A DNA stretch of 64,000 nucleotides from Candidatus Iainarchaeum sp. (GCA_021162685.1 JAGGYF010000028.1:1-64000); one strand, 5' to 3'; numbered from the stretch's first letter, positions 9,231-19,857 are shown. The notes: generated from the letters alone by a model not told the origin. Translations and numbers: made by a program.

Positions 9231-9926
9231 TTGATAGAGAGAAAATTTGTCAAAGAGGGAATCAATAGGAGCCGATTGAACACATGGCTCAAAAGAAAAC
9301 TGAATAGAGCAGGCTATGTAGGCGTCTCTCTGCAAAAAACCCCTGTTGCAACAAGGGTTGTTATACAAGTTGAAAGGCCTGGTCTTGTAATAGGAAGGAA
9401 GGGGAGTAACATCCAAGAGCTCACAAAAGAAATTGAGAAGAAGTTTGGTTTGGATAATGTTCAGATAAAGATTGAGGAAGTGCCTGTGCCAGAACTTAAT
9501 GCAGCCGTCATGGCAAGACGGATTGCAAGGTCACTGGAAAAGGGACTAAATTTCAGAAGAGTCATGCACTGGTCACTTGACAAGATCATGGCAGCAGGAG
9601 CAAAGGGTGCAGAGATAACGATATCTGGTAAACTTGTTGGAAAAGGAGGAAAAGCACGGTCAGAAAGGGTCAGTGCAGGCTACCTAAAGAAAGCTGGGGA
9701 ACCATCACGCCTTGTCCAGGTTAGTCACACACAAGCGATGAAGAAAGCAGGAATCATAGGCGTAACAGTAAAGATTGTCCCACCAGATGTGGTATTCCCA
9801 GACAAAGTTGACATAGAGAAGATTGTAAAAGAAGGAGGTGTAATGAGTGGCGATACTGAAACCAAAGCAGATAAGGGAAATGAGCCCACAGGAGAGGGAG
9901 GAGAAGCTACAGCAGTTGCGCAATGA
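9231..9926 (+). CDS. rps3: ribosomal protein uS3
   Basis: KH domain RPGLVIGRKG, GAKGAEITISGKL; TTG start. Confidence 0.97.
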   Translation: MIERKFVKEGINRSRLNTWLKRKLNRAGYVGVSLQKTPVATRVVIQVERPGLVIGRKGSNIQELTKEIEKKFGLDNVQIKIEEVPVPELNAAVMARRIARSLEKGLNFRRVMHWSLDKIMAAGAKGAEITISGKLVGKGGKARSERVSAGYLKKAGEPSRLVQVSHTQAMKKAGIIGVTVKIVPPDVVFPDKVDIEKIVKEGGVMSGDTETKADKGNEPTGEGGEATAVAQ

Positions 9927-10068
9927 ACTGGCAAAAGAGAGGGCTGCAATCGCCAGTGGCACAAGGCCAGAGAATCCTGGACGAATAAGGGAGATAAGAA
10001 AAACCATTGCGAGGATACTCACAATTCAAAATGAAAAGAAAAACACGGAGGTTGAAAAAACAGAATGA
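9847..10068 (+). CDS. rpl29: ribosomal protein uL29
   Basis: MAILK...IREMS...NPGRIREIRKTIARILT; GTG start after GGAGGTG. Confidence 0.95.
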   Translation: MAILKPKQIREMSPQEREEKLQQLRNELAKERAAIASGTRPENPGRIREIRKTIARILTIQNEKKNTEVEKTE

Positions 10069-10370
10069 CAGATGTCTGTCCTGTGTGTGGACTCCCAAAG
10101 GAGCTATGCGTCTGTCAAGAGCTTGCAAAGGAAAGGCAGAAGATAAAGATAAGAACAGAGGTCAAGAAGTACAGAAAGAAGGTCACAATCATAGAAAACC
10201 TTGACCAGAGCATTGATCTGCATGCTCTTGCAACCCAACTGAAAAAGAAGATGGCGTGCGGAGGAACCGTCAAGGAAAACCGCATAGAGCTCCAGGGGGC
10301 ACACGCAGAGAAGGTAAAGAAAGCTCTTATCGCACTAAACTACCCAGAGGATCAAATTGAAATCGTATAG
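10065..10370 (+). CDS. sui1: translation initiation factor aIF1 (SUI1)
   Basis: CPVCGLPKELCVC, LKKKMACGGTVK..IELQG. Confidence 0.95.
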   Translation: MTDVCPVCGLPKELCVCQELAKERQKIKIRTEVKKYRKKVTIIENLDQSIDLHALATQLKKKMACGGTVKENRIELQGAHAEKVKKALIALNYPEDQIEIV

Positions 10371-10644
10371 AAAGTTGCGTGCACTTGCACGTAACTTATT
10401 GATCGGACTGGAGGCAAGGGTAGTCAGAAGCTCGGAGAAATCCCTTGAAGGAATGAAAGGGAAAATCGTTGATGAGACCCTGAATACCCTAGTACTCCAA
10501 ACAAAGAATGGTGAGAAAAGGATAGCAAAAGACAAAGTGGTTGTTGAGATATCCTTCCCAGAGGGAACATATACCTTTTCTGGGAAGGAGATAAAGCAAC
10601 GGCCGGATGAACGCTTGAAAAAACTTTGGAGAAAGATAAGGTGA
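10357..10644 (+). CDS. rnp1: RNase P protein component 1 (Rpp29)
   Basis: LIGL.ARV...GKIVDET.NTL...RPDERLK; conserved position in the operon. Confidence 0.9.
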   Translation: MKSYRKLRALARNLLIGLEARVVRSSEKSLEGMKGKIVDETLNTLVLQTKNGEKRIAKDKVVVEISFPEGTYTFSGKEIKQRPDERLKKLWRKIR

Positions 10645-10648
10645 GAAG

Positions 10649-10951
10649 ATGAAGGAGAAAAAATGCAACGACAAAAACTGCCCAATACATGGGAACATCA
10701 AGGTTAGAGGTAACATTATGACTGGGGTTGTTGTTTCAGATAAGATGGATAAATCTGTCATTGTTGAAAGAGAGTACATAAGAAAAGTCCCAAAGTATGA
10801 GAGATATGAACGAAGAAAATCAAGAATAGCTGTTCATAAACCAGAATGTATGGATGTCAAAGTTGGAGATGTTGTTGAATTTGGAGAAACAAGAAAGATT
10901 AGCAAAACAAAAAGTTTTGTTATAACAAAGGTGTTGGGTGGTAAGAAATGA
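10649..10951 (+). CDS. rps17: ribosomal protein uS17
   Basis: CNDKNCPIHG, KYERYERR, ETRKISKTKSF. Confidence 0.97.
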   Translation: MKEKKCNDKNCPIHGNIKVRGNIMTGVVVSDKMDKSVIVEREYIRKVPKYERYERRKSRIAVHKPECMDVKVGDVVEFGETRKISKTKSFVITKVLGGKK

Positions 10952-11346
10952 AAGGTGTTGCTGCTAGAATCACATCCGGGCTTCATATTGGTTCAGTATT
11001 AAAATGTGATGACAACACAGGAGCAAAGGAGCTTGAGATCATTGGAGTAAAAGGATACAGAGGAAAAAGAAGAAAGCTTGCCAAAGCGGGCGTTGGTAGT
11101 GTTGTCATCTGTTCAGTAAAAAAAGGCAAACCAGAGATCAAGAAGAAAGTTGTGAAAGCTGTGATAGTCAGACAAAAGAAGGAATACAGGAGAGCAGATG
11201 GCACAAGAGTAAAGTTTAGCGATAATGCTGCTGTCCTTATAGATGATAAGGGAATGCCAAGAGGTACTGAGATAAAGGGAGTTGTAGCAAAGGAGGTTGC
11301 TGAGAGGTTTGCTAAAATTGCCACATTAGCAAAGAACGTGGTGTGA
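10948..11346 (+). CDS. rpl14: ribosomal protein uL14
   Basis: CDDNTGAK, VKFSDNAAV. Confidence 0.97.
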   Translation: MKGVAARITSGLHIGSVLKCDDNTGAKELEIIGVKGYRGKRRKLAKAGVGSVVICSVKKGKPEIKKKVVKAVIVRQKKEYRRADGTRVKFSDNAAVLIDDKGMPRGTEIKGVVAKEVAERFAKIATLAKNVV

Positions 11347-11351
11347 TGGAT

Positions 11352-11711
11352 ATGGTATCAAAACAACCAAGAAAACAAAGAAAGGAGCATTTTGCTGCTC
11401 CATTGCATAAAAGGCAGAAAAAGGTAGCTGCGCCTCTTAGTAAAGAACTTAGAAAGACGTACAAGAGGAGAAGTGCAATTGTCCGTGTTGGTGATAAGGT
11501 AAAAATACTGCGTGGAGATTTCAAAGGAAGAACAGGCGAAGTGACAAAAGTATCTCTGAAGAACTATGCAGTACATGTTAAGGGTGTAACAGTAAAAAAG
11601 GCAAATGGTGAAGAGGTGCCAAAACCAATCCACCCATCAAATCTGATGATCATTGAGTTAAAACTTGACGATGAGAAGAGAAAAAAGAAATTCGCTAAGG
11701 AGGAGAAATAG
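11352..11711 (+). CDS. rpl24: ribosomal protein uL24
   Basis: SKQPRKQRK, GDKVKILRG, IHPSNLMI. Confidence 0.97.
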   Translation: MVSKQPRKQRKEHFAAPLHKRQKKVAAPLSKELRKTYKRRSAIVRVGDKVKILRGDFKGRTGEVTKVSLKNYAVHVKGVTVKKANGEEVPKPIHPSNLMIIELKLDDEKRKKKFAKEEK

Positions 11712-12428
11712 ATGGCAAGAAAAGGAGAGAAAAGAGTGAGGAAGCGACTTACTGCCCCAAAAACAATACCTGTACCGAGGAAGGGATATAAGTTCATAGT
11801 AAAGGCATCACCAGGCCCACATAATATAGAAGAGAGTGTTCCATTACTGGTTGTCATAAGAGATATGCTTCACCTTGCAGACACAGCAAAAGAAGCAAAG
11901 AAGATTATTCATGGAGGAAAGGTGCTTGTTGATGGAAAAGTCGTGAAAAACCCATCTCATCCCATAGGATTTATGGATGTTTTGTCCATACCATCCATAA
12001 ACAAGTTTTATAGGGTGCTCTATGATAGAAAGGGAAGGATAAAGTTGTATGAGATAGAGCCTTCAAACTCAACCTTCAAACTCAGTAAAATAAAAGATAA
12101 AACTGCGGTGAAGGGTGGGAAGATACAGCTTAATCTACATGATGGCAAGAACATACTTGCAGATAATAAGTACAAGGTAGGGGACGTTGTAAAACTGGAG
12201 ATACCACAGATGAAGATTACTGACCATTTCCCACTACAAAAAGGAAGCATTGCCTATGTCACCGGGGGAAAGCACGCTGGTGAAATAGCAACCATTGAGG
12301 AGATTGTTCCAGGCACTGCAACAAGAAAGCCATTAGTCATATTGAAATCTCCTGAAAAGCAATTTGAAACAAGAAAGGATTACGTGTTTGTTATAGGCAC
12401 AAAGGAGCCTGTGATTAAGTTTGATTAA
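11712..12428 (+). CDS. rps4e: ribosomal protein eS4
   Basis: PGPH...SVPL..VIRD, GGKIQLNLHDG. Confidence 0.97.
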   Translation: MARKGEKRVRKRLTAPKTIPVPRKGYKFIVKASPGPHNIEESVPLLVVIRDMLHLADTAKEAKKIIHGGKVLVDGKVVKNPSHPIGFMDVLSIPSINKFYRVLYDRKGRIKLYEIEPSNSTFKLSKIKDKTAVKGGKIQLNLHDGKNILADNKYKVGDVVKLEIPQMKITDHFPLQKGSIAYVTGGKHAGEIATIEEIVPGTATRKPLVILKSPEKQFETRKDYVFVIGTKEPVIKFD

Positions 12429-12438
12429 GGGTGATAGT

Positions 12439-12930
12439 GTGATAAGCATAGATAAGGTAACAGTGAACATTGGTGTTGGAGCATCTGGTGAGCCACTGGA
12501 GAAGGCAGAAAAGTTACTGGAAAAACTATGCAATCAGAAGCCGATAAGGACACTCAGTAAGAGCAGAATTCCATCATGGGGCATAAGAAAGAAACAGCCC
12601 ATTGGTGTAAAGGTTACACTGAGAGGAAAGAAGGCGCTTGAATTCTTAAATAAAGCAATTGAGGCAAAGGACAGAACCCTAAAGAGAAGCCAATTTGATG
12701 AGAATGGAAACTTCGCTTTTGGTATTTCAGAATATATTGACCTTCCTGGAGTAAAGTACGACCCAGAGATCGGTATATTTGGATTTGATGTATGTGTAAG
12801 CCTGAAAAAGAGGGGGTATAGGATAAAACGTAGAAAGAGGGAGAAGAAAAAGATTCCTTCTAATCACAAGATAACAAAAGAAGAAGCAATTGAATGGGTT
12901 GAGAAAAACCTTAACATAAAGGTGAGATGA
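12439..12930 (+). CDS. rpl5: ribosomal protein uL5
   Basis: [30 protein letters not shown]; probable GTG start after GGTGA. Confidence 0.96.
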   Translation: MISIDKVTVNIGVGASGEPLEKAEKLLEKLCNQKPIRTLSKSRIPSWGIRKKQPIGVKVTLRGKKALEFLNKAIEAKDRTLKRSQFDENGNFAFGISEYIDLPGVKYDPEIGIFGFDVCVSLKKRGYRIKRRKREKKKIPSNHKITKEEAIEWVEKNLNIKVR

Positions 12931-13088
12931 TGGCAAAAGGGAAAAGAAAAAAGGAGAGAAAAGGAGAAGGCAGAAGGAAATGTAGGATATGTGGATCAAG
13001 TGAAGGCCTAATACGAAAGTATGGGCTGAGTATATGTAGAAGGTGTTTCAGAGAAGTCGCAGAAGAGATAGGATTTAGAAAATATTGA
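12930..13088 (+). CDS. rps14: ribosomal protein uS14 (not in ORF track)
   Basis: [52 protein letters not shown], zinc-finger S14. Confidence 0.96.
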   Translation: MAKGKRKKERKGEGRRKCRICGSSEGLIRKYGLSICRRCFREVAEEIGFRKY

Positions 13089-13098
13089 GGTGATTAAT

Positions 13099-13488
13099 GT
13101 GCTAATGGACCCAATTGCAGATGCTCTGTCCGCAATAAAAAATGCGGAAAACGTAGGAAAGAGCGAATGTATAGTAAAACCAGCATCTAAACTGCTAGGT
13201 AACATATTAAAGGTTATGCAAAAAGAGGGATACATCGGAGAATTTGAATTCATTGATGATGGAAAAAGTGGCAAGTACAGGGTAAAACTTATAGGAAAGA
13301 TAAACAACTGTGGTGCAATAAAACCAAGGTTTGCTGTGAAGAAGGATGAGTATGAAAAGTATGAGAAGAGATATCTTCCTGCTCAAAATGTTGGTTTTCT
13401 TGTGATATCAACTCCCTTTGGAGTTATGACACAAAAAGAGGCAATAAAAAGAGGAACCGGAGGGAGAGCAATAGCATTTGTATATTGA
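13099..13488 (+). CDS. rps8: ribosomal protein uS8
   Basis: [24 protein letters not shown]. Confidence 0.97.
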   Translation: MLMDPIADALSAIKNAENVGKSECIVKPASKLLGNILKVMQKEGYIGEFEFIDDGKSGKYRVKLIGKINNCGAIKPRFAVKKDEYEKYEKRYLPAQNVGFLVISTPFGVMTQKEAIKRGTGGRAIAFVY

Positions 13489-13491
13489 GGG

Positions 13492-14034
13492 ATGGATATG
13501 GTCTTGGCTGCTGAGATAACAAAAGAGATTGAAATTCCAGACGGAGTAAATATTACTATTGAGGATAGTAAGATCACAGTTAGTGGGCCGAAGGGAACAC
13601 TAACAAAAACGTTCAAACTTGGGAAAGCTTCTATTACAGTTGATGGAAAGAAGGCTATCATCTCAGCAAAGTTTCCAAGAAGAAAAGATAAAGCGATGGT
13701 TGGAACGATTGCTGCCCACATAAAAAACATGATAAAAGGAGTAACAGAAGGATTTGAGTATAAATTGAAGGTACATTATACACACTTCCCTGTTACTGTA
13801 AGTGTAGAAGGAGACAAGGTGCTAATCAAAAATTTCTTGGGAGAAAAGCATCCACGCATTGCAAAGATTGTTGGGAATGCAAAAGTAGATGTAAAAGGAC
13901 AAGACATAACAATCACTGGCATAGACATAGAAGAGGTAAGTCAAACTGCAGCTAACCTTGTACTAAAAACAAATGTTGGTAGGAGAGACATCAGAGTATT
14001 CAAGGATGGTATCTTTTTGGTATCCAAAGGGTGA
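13492..14034 (+). CDS. rpl6: ribosomal protein uL6
   Basis: HIKNMIKGVTEGFEYKL..YTHFP, NFLGEK, DIRVFKDGI. Confidence 0.97.
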   Translation: MDMVLAAEITKEIEIPDGVNITIEDSKITVSGPKGTLTKTFKLGKASITVDGKKAIISAKFPRRKDKAMVGTIAAHIKNMIKGVTEGFEYKLKVHYTHFPVTVSVEGDKVLIKNFLGEKHPRIAKIVGNAKVDVKGQDITITGIDIEEVSQTAANLVLKTNVGRRDIRVFKDGIFLVSKG

Positions 14035-14039
14035 TATTG

Positions 14040-14378
14040 ATGGAAAAGAAAAAACCCAGTTTCAAACGGCAATATTCATCGTATAAGAAGAGGGGGAAGG
14101 TACAGACTAGTTGGAGGAAACCACGTGGAATAGATAGCAAGCAGAGGAAACACAAAAAAGCCAAAGGGGCTCACCCGAGAGTGGGATATGGAAGCCCAAG
14201 AGTCACAAGAGGAATGCACCCAAAAGGAAAACACGAGGTACTTGTGAGAAATATGAAGGATGTTGAATCCCTAAATAAAGATGTTTTGGTTAGGATCTCT
14301 GCCACAGTAGGTGAGAAGAAGAGGAAAGAGATCATAGCAATATGTGAAAAGAAAGGTATAGAGGTAATCAACAGGTGA
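14040..14378 (+). CDS. rpl32e: ribosomal protein eL32
   Basis: KPSFKRQ, WRKPRGIDSKQR. Confidence 0.95.
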   Translation: MEKKKPSFKRQYSSYKKRGKVQTSWRKPRGIDSKQRKHKKAKGAHPRVGYGSPRVTRGMHPKGKHEVLVRNMKDVESLNKDVLVRISATVGEKKRKEIIAICEKKGIEVINR

Positions 14379-14382
14379 TGAT

Positions 14383-14793
14383 ATGGAACTTAACCAAGTG
14401 AAACAGGTCGCTGCAAAGGTGTACAAAGTTGGAAAGGATAGGGTGAAAATCATAGATGAGACAAGGGCAAGAGAAGCAATCACACGTGATGACATACGAC
14501 AACTTGTTAAGGAAAAGGCAATCATAATAAAAAGCAAGAGGGGAACCAGCAGAGGAAGGGCAAGAGTGCTGAAAGCACAGAAGAAGAGGGGAAGAAGAAA
14601 AGGCCCTGGTATGAGAAAGGGAAAGAAAACAGCAAGAGAGAGCAGGAAGAAGAAATGGATAAAAAAGGTAAGAGCACAGAGGAAGAAGTTGAAAGAGATA
14701 AGACCTGATGATTACAGAAGCAAATACAGGATGGTCAAAGCAGGGTTCTTCAAGAGCGTTAAACATCTTCTATCAGCAATAAAGAAGGAGTAG
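14383..14793 (+). CDS. rpl19e: ribosomal protein eL19
   Basis: AITRDDIRQL, GRRKGPG.RKG, WIKKVRAQR. Confidence 0.96.
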   Translation: MELNQVKQVAAKVYKVGKDRVKIIDETRAREAITRDDIRQLVKEKAIIIKSKRGTSRGRARVLKAQKKRGRRKGPGMRKGKKTARESRKKKWIKKVRAQRKKLKEIRPDDYRSKYRMVKAGFFKSVKHLLSAIKKE

Positions 14794-14802
14794 GTGACTT
14801 GG

Positions 14803-15318
14803 ATGACTGAAAAAACTACCCATAGGATGCCACTCAAAAGGAGGAGGCTAGGAAAGACTGATTACAGGAAGAGGTTGGCTTTACTTAAATCTGGGAAGCA
14901 TAGGTTAGTTGTTAGAGTTAAACCTAGGCAGATTATTGCTCAGATTATAGAATATAACCCAGAAGGAGATAGGGTAGTTATAAGTGCCACATCACTTGAA
15001 TTGAAGAAGATGGGTTGGAAACACCATGGGGGGAATGTATGCGCTGCATACCTCACTGGATTGTTATGTGGCAAAAGAGCAAAAGAGAAGGGCATCACTG
15101 AGGCAGTACTTGACATTGGACTGCACACGCCAGTACACGGCTCAAATGTGTTTGCTACATTAAAGGGTGCAATTGATGCTGGAATGAACATACCTCACTC
15201 AGAGGATTGCTTCCCATCAGATGAGAGGATAACAGGAAAAACAATTGAGGAATACAGAAAGAACAACATATCAAAAGATGTTGAGGAGATGAAGAAGAAG
15301 ATAATGGGTGGTAGGTGA
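14803..15318 (+). CDS. rpl18: ribosomal protein uL18
   Basis: [24 protein letters not shown]. Confidence 0.97.
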   Translation: MTEKTTHRMPLKRRRLGKTDYRKRLALLKSGKHRLVVRVKPRQIIAQIIEYNPEGDRVVISATSLELKKMGWKHHGGNVCAAYLTGLLCGKRAKEKGITEAVLDIGLHTPVHGSNVFATLKGAIDAGMNIPHSEDCFPSDERITGKTIEEYRKNNISKDVEEMKKKIMGGR

Positions 15319-15322
15319 TAGG

Positions 15323-15985
15323 ATGGAAAAAAAGGAAGAAGAAAAGGGTATTGAATGGGTGCCAAAAACAAGGACAGGAAGGATGGTACTTAATGGAGAG
15401 ATTACAACACTTGAACAGATATACAGTAGAAATCTCCCCCTCCTTGAACCAGAAATTGTTGATATGCTCGTTCCAGACCTGAAGGAAGAAGTACTTGACA
15501 TAAAAACTGTACAAAGAACAACAGACTCTGGAAGGAAGATGAGATTCTTGGCAACAGTCGTTGTTGGTAATAAGGATGGTTATGTTGGAGTAGGCATAGG
15601 CAAAGGAGCAAATGTTAGGCCTGCAATAGAAAGGGCAACGAGAAATGCCAAACTCAATATCATTCACATACAAAGAGGATGTGGCTCATGGGAGTGTGGC
15701 TGTGGAACACCTCACTCTGTGCCATATAAAGTTGAAGGAAAATCTGGATCTGTAAGAGTTATACTCATCCCTGCACCAAAGGGAACAGGAATTGTTGCTG
15801 GAAAGAAAGCAAAAAAGGTTTTAGAACTTGCTGGGATAAAGGATGTTTGGAGTAAAACATTTGGAGATCCAAGAACCACATTCAATTTCGCAATGGCAAC
15901 ATTGGATGCGCTCAGAAATATAAGAAGGATGAAGATTGAAAAGCCGACAGAGGTGACAGAACATGAAGCGAGTAGCAGTAATTAA
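15323..15985 (+). CDS. rps5: ribosomal protein uS5
   Basis: [21 protein letters not shown]. Confidence 0.98.
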   Translation: MEKKEEEKGIEWVPKTRTGRMVLNGEITTLEQIYSRNLPLLEPEIVDMLVPDLKEEVLDIKTVQRTTDSGRKMRFLATVVVGNKDGYVGVGIGKGANVRPAIERATRNAKLNIIHIQRGCGSWECGCGTPHSVPYKVEGKSGSVRVILIPAPKGTGIVAGKKAKKVLELAGIKDVWSKTFGDPRTTFNFAMATLDALRNIRRMKIEKPTEVTEHEASSSN

Positions 15986-16430
15986 GGTCAGGAGCAACAT
16001 TGGTGTGCCGAAAGCAGTAAGGGACACTATGAAAATGCTTAATCTGACAAGGGTTAATCATTGCGTTGTCATTGATGATAGAAAAAGTTATAAGAACATG
16101 CTACAGAAAGCAAAAGATTATATCACATGGGGAGAGATAACAGAGGACACCTTCTATAAAATGCTTGAGAAGAGGGGGAGAGCAAAAGGAAACAAGCGTA
16201 TAGATGACAAATACATAAAAGAACACTCAAAATTCAAAACAATGAAAGAATTTGTCAAAGCATTCATGAACTTTGAAGCAGAGATTAATGATGTTGATGG
16301 ACTAAAAAAGGTGTTTAGATTATCCCCACCAAGAGGAGGATATAAATCAATAAAAAAGAGCTTTGCAAACAGAGGTGCATTGGGATATCGGGGAAGCAAG
16401 ATAAATGAGCTCATTGAGAAGATGATATGA
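15963..16430 (+). CDS. rpl30: ribosomal protein uL30
   Basis: [26 protein letters not shown]. Confidence 0.96.
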   Translation: MKRVAVIKVRSNIGVPKAVRDTMKMLNLTRVNHCVVIDDRKSYKNMLQKAKDYITWGEITEDTFYKMLEKRGRAKGNKRIDDKYIKEHSKFKTMKEFVKAFMNFEAEINDVDGLKKVFRLSPPRGGYKSIKKSFANRGALGYRGSKINELIEKMI

Positions 16431-16439
16431 GGTGGTCTG

Positions 16440-16835
16440 ATGCCAAGAAAAAAGAGGAAGATAAACAAACACAGAGGAACTAGGACGTGTGGGAGAGGTA
16501 AAAAAGGGTCTAGGAGAAAAAGTAGTGGGAAAGGTATGGCTGGTGCACACAAGCACAAATGGACATGGATAATAAAAAATAAACCAGACCACTTCGGAAG
16601 CGAGAGCATGAAACCAATAAAGAAGAAAATGAAGGCAATAAACATAGATTATATAAATGAGTTAGCACTAACTAGAAAAATGAAGGAGATTGATGTTGCC
16701 TCTATTGGATATGAAAAGGTACTTGGCAGGGGGAAATTATCAACTCCAATAAAGGTTGTGGCAAAGGCGTTTACAGCTGCCGCAAAAGAGAAGATTGAAA
16801 AAGCTGGTGGAGAAGCAATAATAAAGGGATCCTGA
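16440..16835 (+). CDS. rpl15: ribosomal protein uL15
   Basis: RGTRTCG.G, GKGMAG..KHK, KVLGRG, KIEKAGG. Confidence 0.96.
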   Translation: MPRKKRKINKHRGTRTCGRGKKGSRRKSSGKGMAGAHKHKWTWIIKNKPDHFGSESMKPIKKKMKAINIDYINELALTRKMKEIDVASIGYEKVLGRGKLSTPIKVVAKAFTAAAKEKIEKAGGEAIIKGS

Positions 16836-18361
16836 TGGCACTTGAATTCCTGGACCCAATAATAAAGATGCTTCCAGAGGTGAAGAAGCCAATACAAATG
16901 CCTAGTTTTAAGACTAGGATGATGTGGGTTGCCGCAGCACTTATCATATTCTTTGTTCTTGGTCAAATCTCCCCAATTGGACTGCTCAGCCCATCAAGAT
17001 TGGAAAAGATAAAAATGCAGAATCCTGTACTCTATGAACAATTGGCACAACAGAGGCAGGACGTGCTAAACAGAGTAAGCTATCTGGAAAGTGTACAGAC
17101 AATACTTGCATCAAAGATTGGATCAATAGCAACACTAGGTATTGGACCAATTGTTATGGCATCCATTATACTACAACTGCTTGTTGGTGCAGAACTATTA
17201 AAGATAGATAAGCAAAGGTACCAAGGAGTACAGAAACTCTTTGCTATTCTGTTCTGTTTCTTTGAAGCAGCCATATATGTATATAGTGGTTTTCTACCTG
17301 TTGAACCGTCTGGTATAACCCTCCTCCCATTGCCTCTTCTAGCACAATTCTTTGAGTTGAACAAACTACTCGTTCTTATACAGATAGCATTTGGCTCCAT
17401 CCTTCTTCTGTACCTGGATGAGGTTGTATCAAAATGGGGATTTGGTTCAGGTATAGGGTTGTTCATTGTTGCTGGTGTATCCCAGGGGATTATGTACAGA
17501 AGCCTCAATCCAAACACAGGATTGATCCCAACATTCATTAATCAGATAATGGAGGCTGGAACATTAAATTTTGACCTTTTGGCTCCTCTGCTCTTTACAA
17601 TCATTGTATTCCTCGTTGTTGTGTTCTTTGAGGCGATGAGAATAGAGATCCCACTCACACTTGGCAGAATAAGGGGCGTTGGTGGCAGATATCCGCTAAA
17701 ATTCCTATACGTCTCAAACCTTCCTGTCATCCTTGCTGCTGCACTATTTGCCAATGTTGTGTTATTTGCCAGTGTGTTTAATAACCTTGGTTACCCCATT
17801 CTGGGAACATTCGGAGAAAACGGAATGCCACTACCAAAGTTTTCCATAAGTACTGACCCACATAACATATCTATACCAATAGCATGGATGGTTAGGGCGC
17901 CATATGGTATTCTTGGAAGTGGTAGTGCAATACAGCAATACATCTTGGACCCTGCTGTAAGAGTACTTGGGTTGATCCCACTTGAACTAATACATCTTGT
18001 AGTGTATGCAATACTGCTCATGGGCACTTGTGTTATTTTTGGAAAGTTCTGGGTTGAAACAACAGGCATGGACGCCTCCGCAGTTGCTGAACAACTACAA
18101 AGCGTTGGATTTAGTGTTCCTGGATTCCGAAGAGATAAAAGGGTAATTGAACGTGTATTAGAGCGATATATACCTATGATAACTATTTTGGGTTCGCTTG
18201 CAGTTGGAGCGTTGGCTGCTGGTGCAGATGTTACTGGCGCACTTGGTACAGGTACTGGAATCCTTTTGAGCGTCGGTATATTGTATAGATTGTATGAACA
18301 ATTAGCAAGCTCCCAACTTATGGAGATGTACCCAGGATTAAAAGGGTTCTTTGGTGGATAA
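16835..18361 (+). CDS. secY: preprotein translocase SecY
   Basis: LGIGPIV.ASIILQLL, KWGFGSGI.LFI, YPLKFLYVSNLPVIL, GTGILL. Confidence 0.97.
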   Translation: MALEFLDPIIKMLPEVKKPIQMPSFKTRMMWVAAALIIFFVLGQISPIGLLSPSRLEKIKMQNPVLYEQLAQQRQDVLNRVSYLESVQTILASKIGSIATLGIGPIVMASIILQLLVGAELLKIDKQRYQGVQKLFAILFCFFEAAIYVYSGFLPVEPSGITLLPLPLLAQFFELNKLLVLIQIAFGSILLLYLDEVVSKWGFGSGIGLFIVAGVSQGIMYRSLNPNTGLIPTFINQIMEAGTLNFDLLAPLLFTIIVFLVVVFFEAMRIEIPLTLGRIRGVGGRYPLKFLYVSNLPVILAAALFANVVLFASVFNNLGYPILGTFGENGMPLPKFSISTDPHNISIPIAWMVRAPYGILGSGSAIQQYILDPAVRVLGLIPLELIHLVVYAILLMGTCVIFGKFWVETTGMDASAVAEQLQSVGFSVPGFRRDKRVIERVLERYIPMITILGSLAVGALAAGADVTGALGTGTGILLSVGILYRLYEQLASSQLMEMYPGLKGFFGG

Positions 18362-18363
18362 TT

Positions 18364-18867
18364 ATGATGGAAATACTCGGTATAAAACTTGTGTATCCAA
18401 CTGCAACAGCCATAGTCATATGTACTGCTTGTGGTATCTCTATCTTCTCAGCACTCATGCACAGGAAGATGGTGGACAGAAAGAGGATGGATGAGATAAG
18501 GAAGAGGATAGAAACCCACCAGAAAGAGTATCTTGAAGCACAAAAAGCAGGTGACAAAAAGAAGATGAGTAAATTAGAGCAGGAGCAAGCAGAGATACTT
18601 GGACTTGTCAAGCAGAATATGATGAACTCTATGAAACCAACATTGTTCACAATGCCACTCGTCCTTCTCGTTATATGGTATCTTGGTGCACAGTATGGCG
18701 CGATGGGTCCCCTCATTGACCTTCCTTTTGGAATACCTTTCCTAACAAAGAGTGTAGCTGAAACAGGCATTATAAATGGTGTGGATTGGTTTGGATTATA
18801 TCTTGTTTCAGCAATAACAACTGGGTTGCTCATTGAGCTTGTATTAAGGCGTATCATGAAAAGGTGA
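18364..18867 (+). CDS. DUF106 / EMC3-TMCO1 (Oxa1 superfamily) membrane protein
   Basis: TM, coiled coil, MKP..FT, W.GLY; conserved position after secY. Confidence 0.85.
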   Translation: MMEILGIKLVYPTATAIVICTACGISIFSALMHRKMVDRKRMDEIRKRIETHQKEYLEAQKAGDKKKMSKLEQEQAEILGLVKQNMMNSMKPTLFTMPLVLLVIWYLGAQYGAMGPLIDLPFGIPFLTKSVAETGIINGVDWFGLYLVSAITTGLLIELVLRRIMKR

Positions 18868-18871
18868 TTCT

Positions 18872-19081
18872 ATGAAATGCGCGATATGTGGTGCAAAACT
18901 GCATGGAGTATCAAATAAGGGCTCAAAAACACAGAAAAGACCAACAAGGATATTTGCAGGTGTTTTATGCCACAGATGCGTAAGGGAGTTAGTTACAATA
19001 AAAACAAGGATTAAAAATAACACGATAAAGGAAGAAGATGTTGACCCGCGTTTTATCCCTTATCTAAAACAGATGAAGTAA
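18872..19081 (+). CDS. rpl34e: ribosomal protein eL34 (short)
   Basis: KCAICGAKLHGV...SKTQKRPTR.F.GVLC..C; position before cmk. Confidence 0.88.
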   Translation: MKCAICGAKLHGVSNKGSKTQKRPTRIFAGVLCHRCVRELVTIKTRIKNNTIKEEDVDPRFIPYLKQMK

Positions 19082-19082
19082 T

Positions 19083-19643
19083 ATGATCATTGTTATTGCC
19101 TCCCAGCACGGTGCAGGAAAAACCACATTGATGAACTTGTTGTCAAAACGATTTCCACAACTGAGAGTATTGGAGATGGGAAAGAAATTTAGAGAACTTG
19201 CGATGAAGAGAGGTATGAGCATAGAGGATTTCTCAAAGTATCTGAGTGAGCATCCAGAGGAAAGCGAAAAAATAGACAGAGAGATGGATAGGTGGCAAAA
19301 AGAACAAATAGAAGAAGGGGACATAATGATAAATAGCAACCTGGGAGCAATGGTTGCAAACAATGCAGACATTAAAGTGTTGCTTGTCTGCCCATTGGAC
19401 GTGAGAGCGAAAAGGGTCTTTGAGAAGCAGAGAGAAGGGGACAGAAAAGCAACATCAATTGAGCAAGTGAAACAAAACCTATTAGAAAGGGACAGAAGCG
19501 ACAGGGAAAGATATCTAAGATTGTATAACTTTGATATGTTTGATAAAAAACATTACGATATCATACTAAATACTGCTGAAATGACTCCTGAAGAAGAGGT
19601 TGAAACTATCATAAAAGAGCTGAAGAGGAGGTCATTGATATGA
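19083..19643 (+). CDS. cmk: cytidylate kinase (archaeal type)
   Basis: P-loop HGAGKTT, FRELA.KRGM, D.ERY..LY..D; conserved position. Confidence 0.88.
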   Translation: MIIVIASQHGAGKTTLMNLLSKRFPQLRVLEMGKKFRELAMKRGMSIEDFSKYLSEHPEESEKIDREMDRWQKEQIEEGDIMINSNLGAMVANNADIKVLLVCPLDVRAKRVFEKQREGDRKATSIEQVKQNLLERDRSDRERYLRLYNFDMFDKKHYDIILNTAEMTPEEEVETIIKELKRRSLI

Positions 19644-19855
19644 TGTTTGATATAGGAAGGGTTTGCGTAAAGAAGACAGGTAGGGAAGCAGGAAAAAAAT
19701 GTGTAGTTGTGGATGTAATTGACCAGAACTTTGTTTTGATTGATGGAGAAGTAAAGAGAAGAAGATGTAATATATTGCACCTTGAACCAACCACGCAGAA
19801 ACTAGATATAAAGAAGGGCGCATCAACAGAAGAAGTGAAGGCAGCCCTTAAATAA
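19640..19855 (+). CDS. rpl14e: ribosomal protein eL14
   Basis: [35 protein letters not shown]. Confidence 0.96.
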   Translation: MMFDIGRVCVKKTGREAGKKCVVVDVIDQNFVLIDGEVKRRRCNILHLEPTTQKLDIKKGASTEEVKAALK

Positions 19856-19857
19856 TT

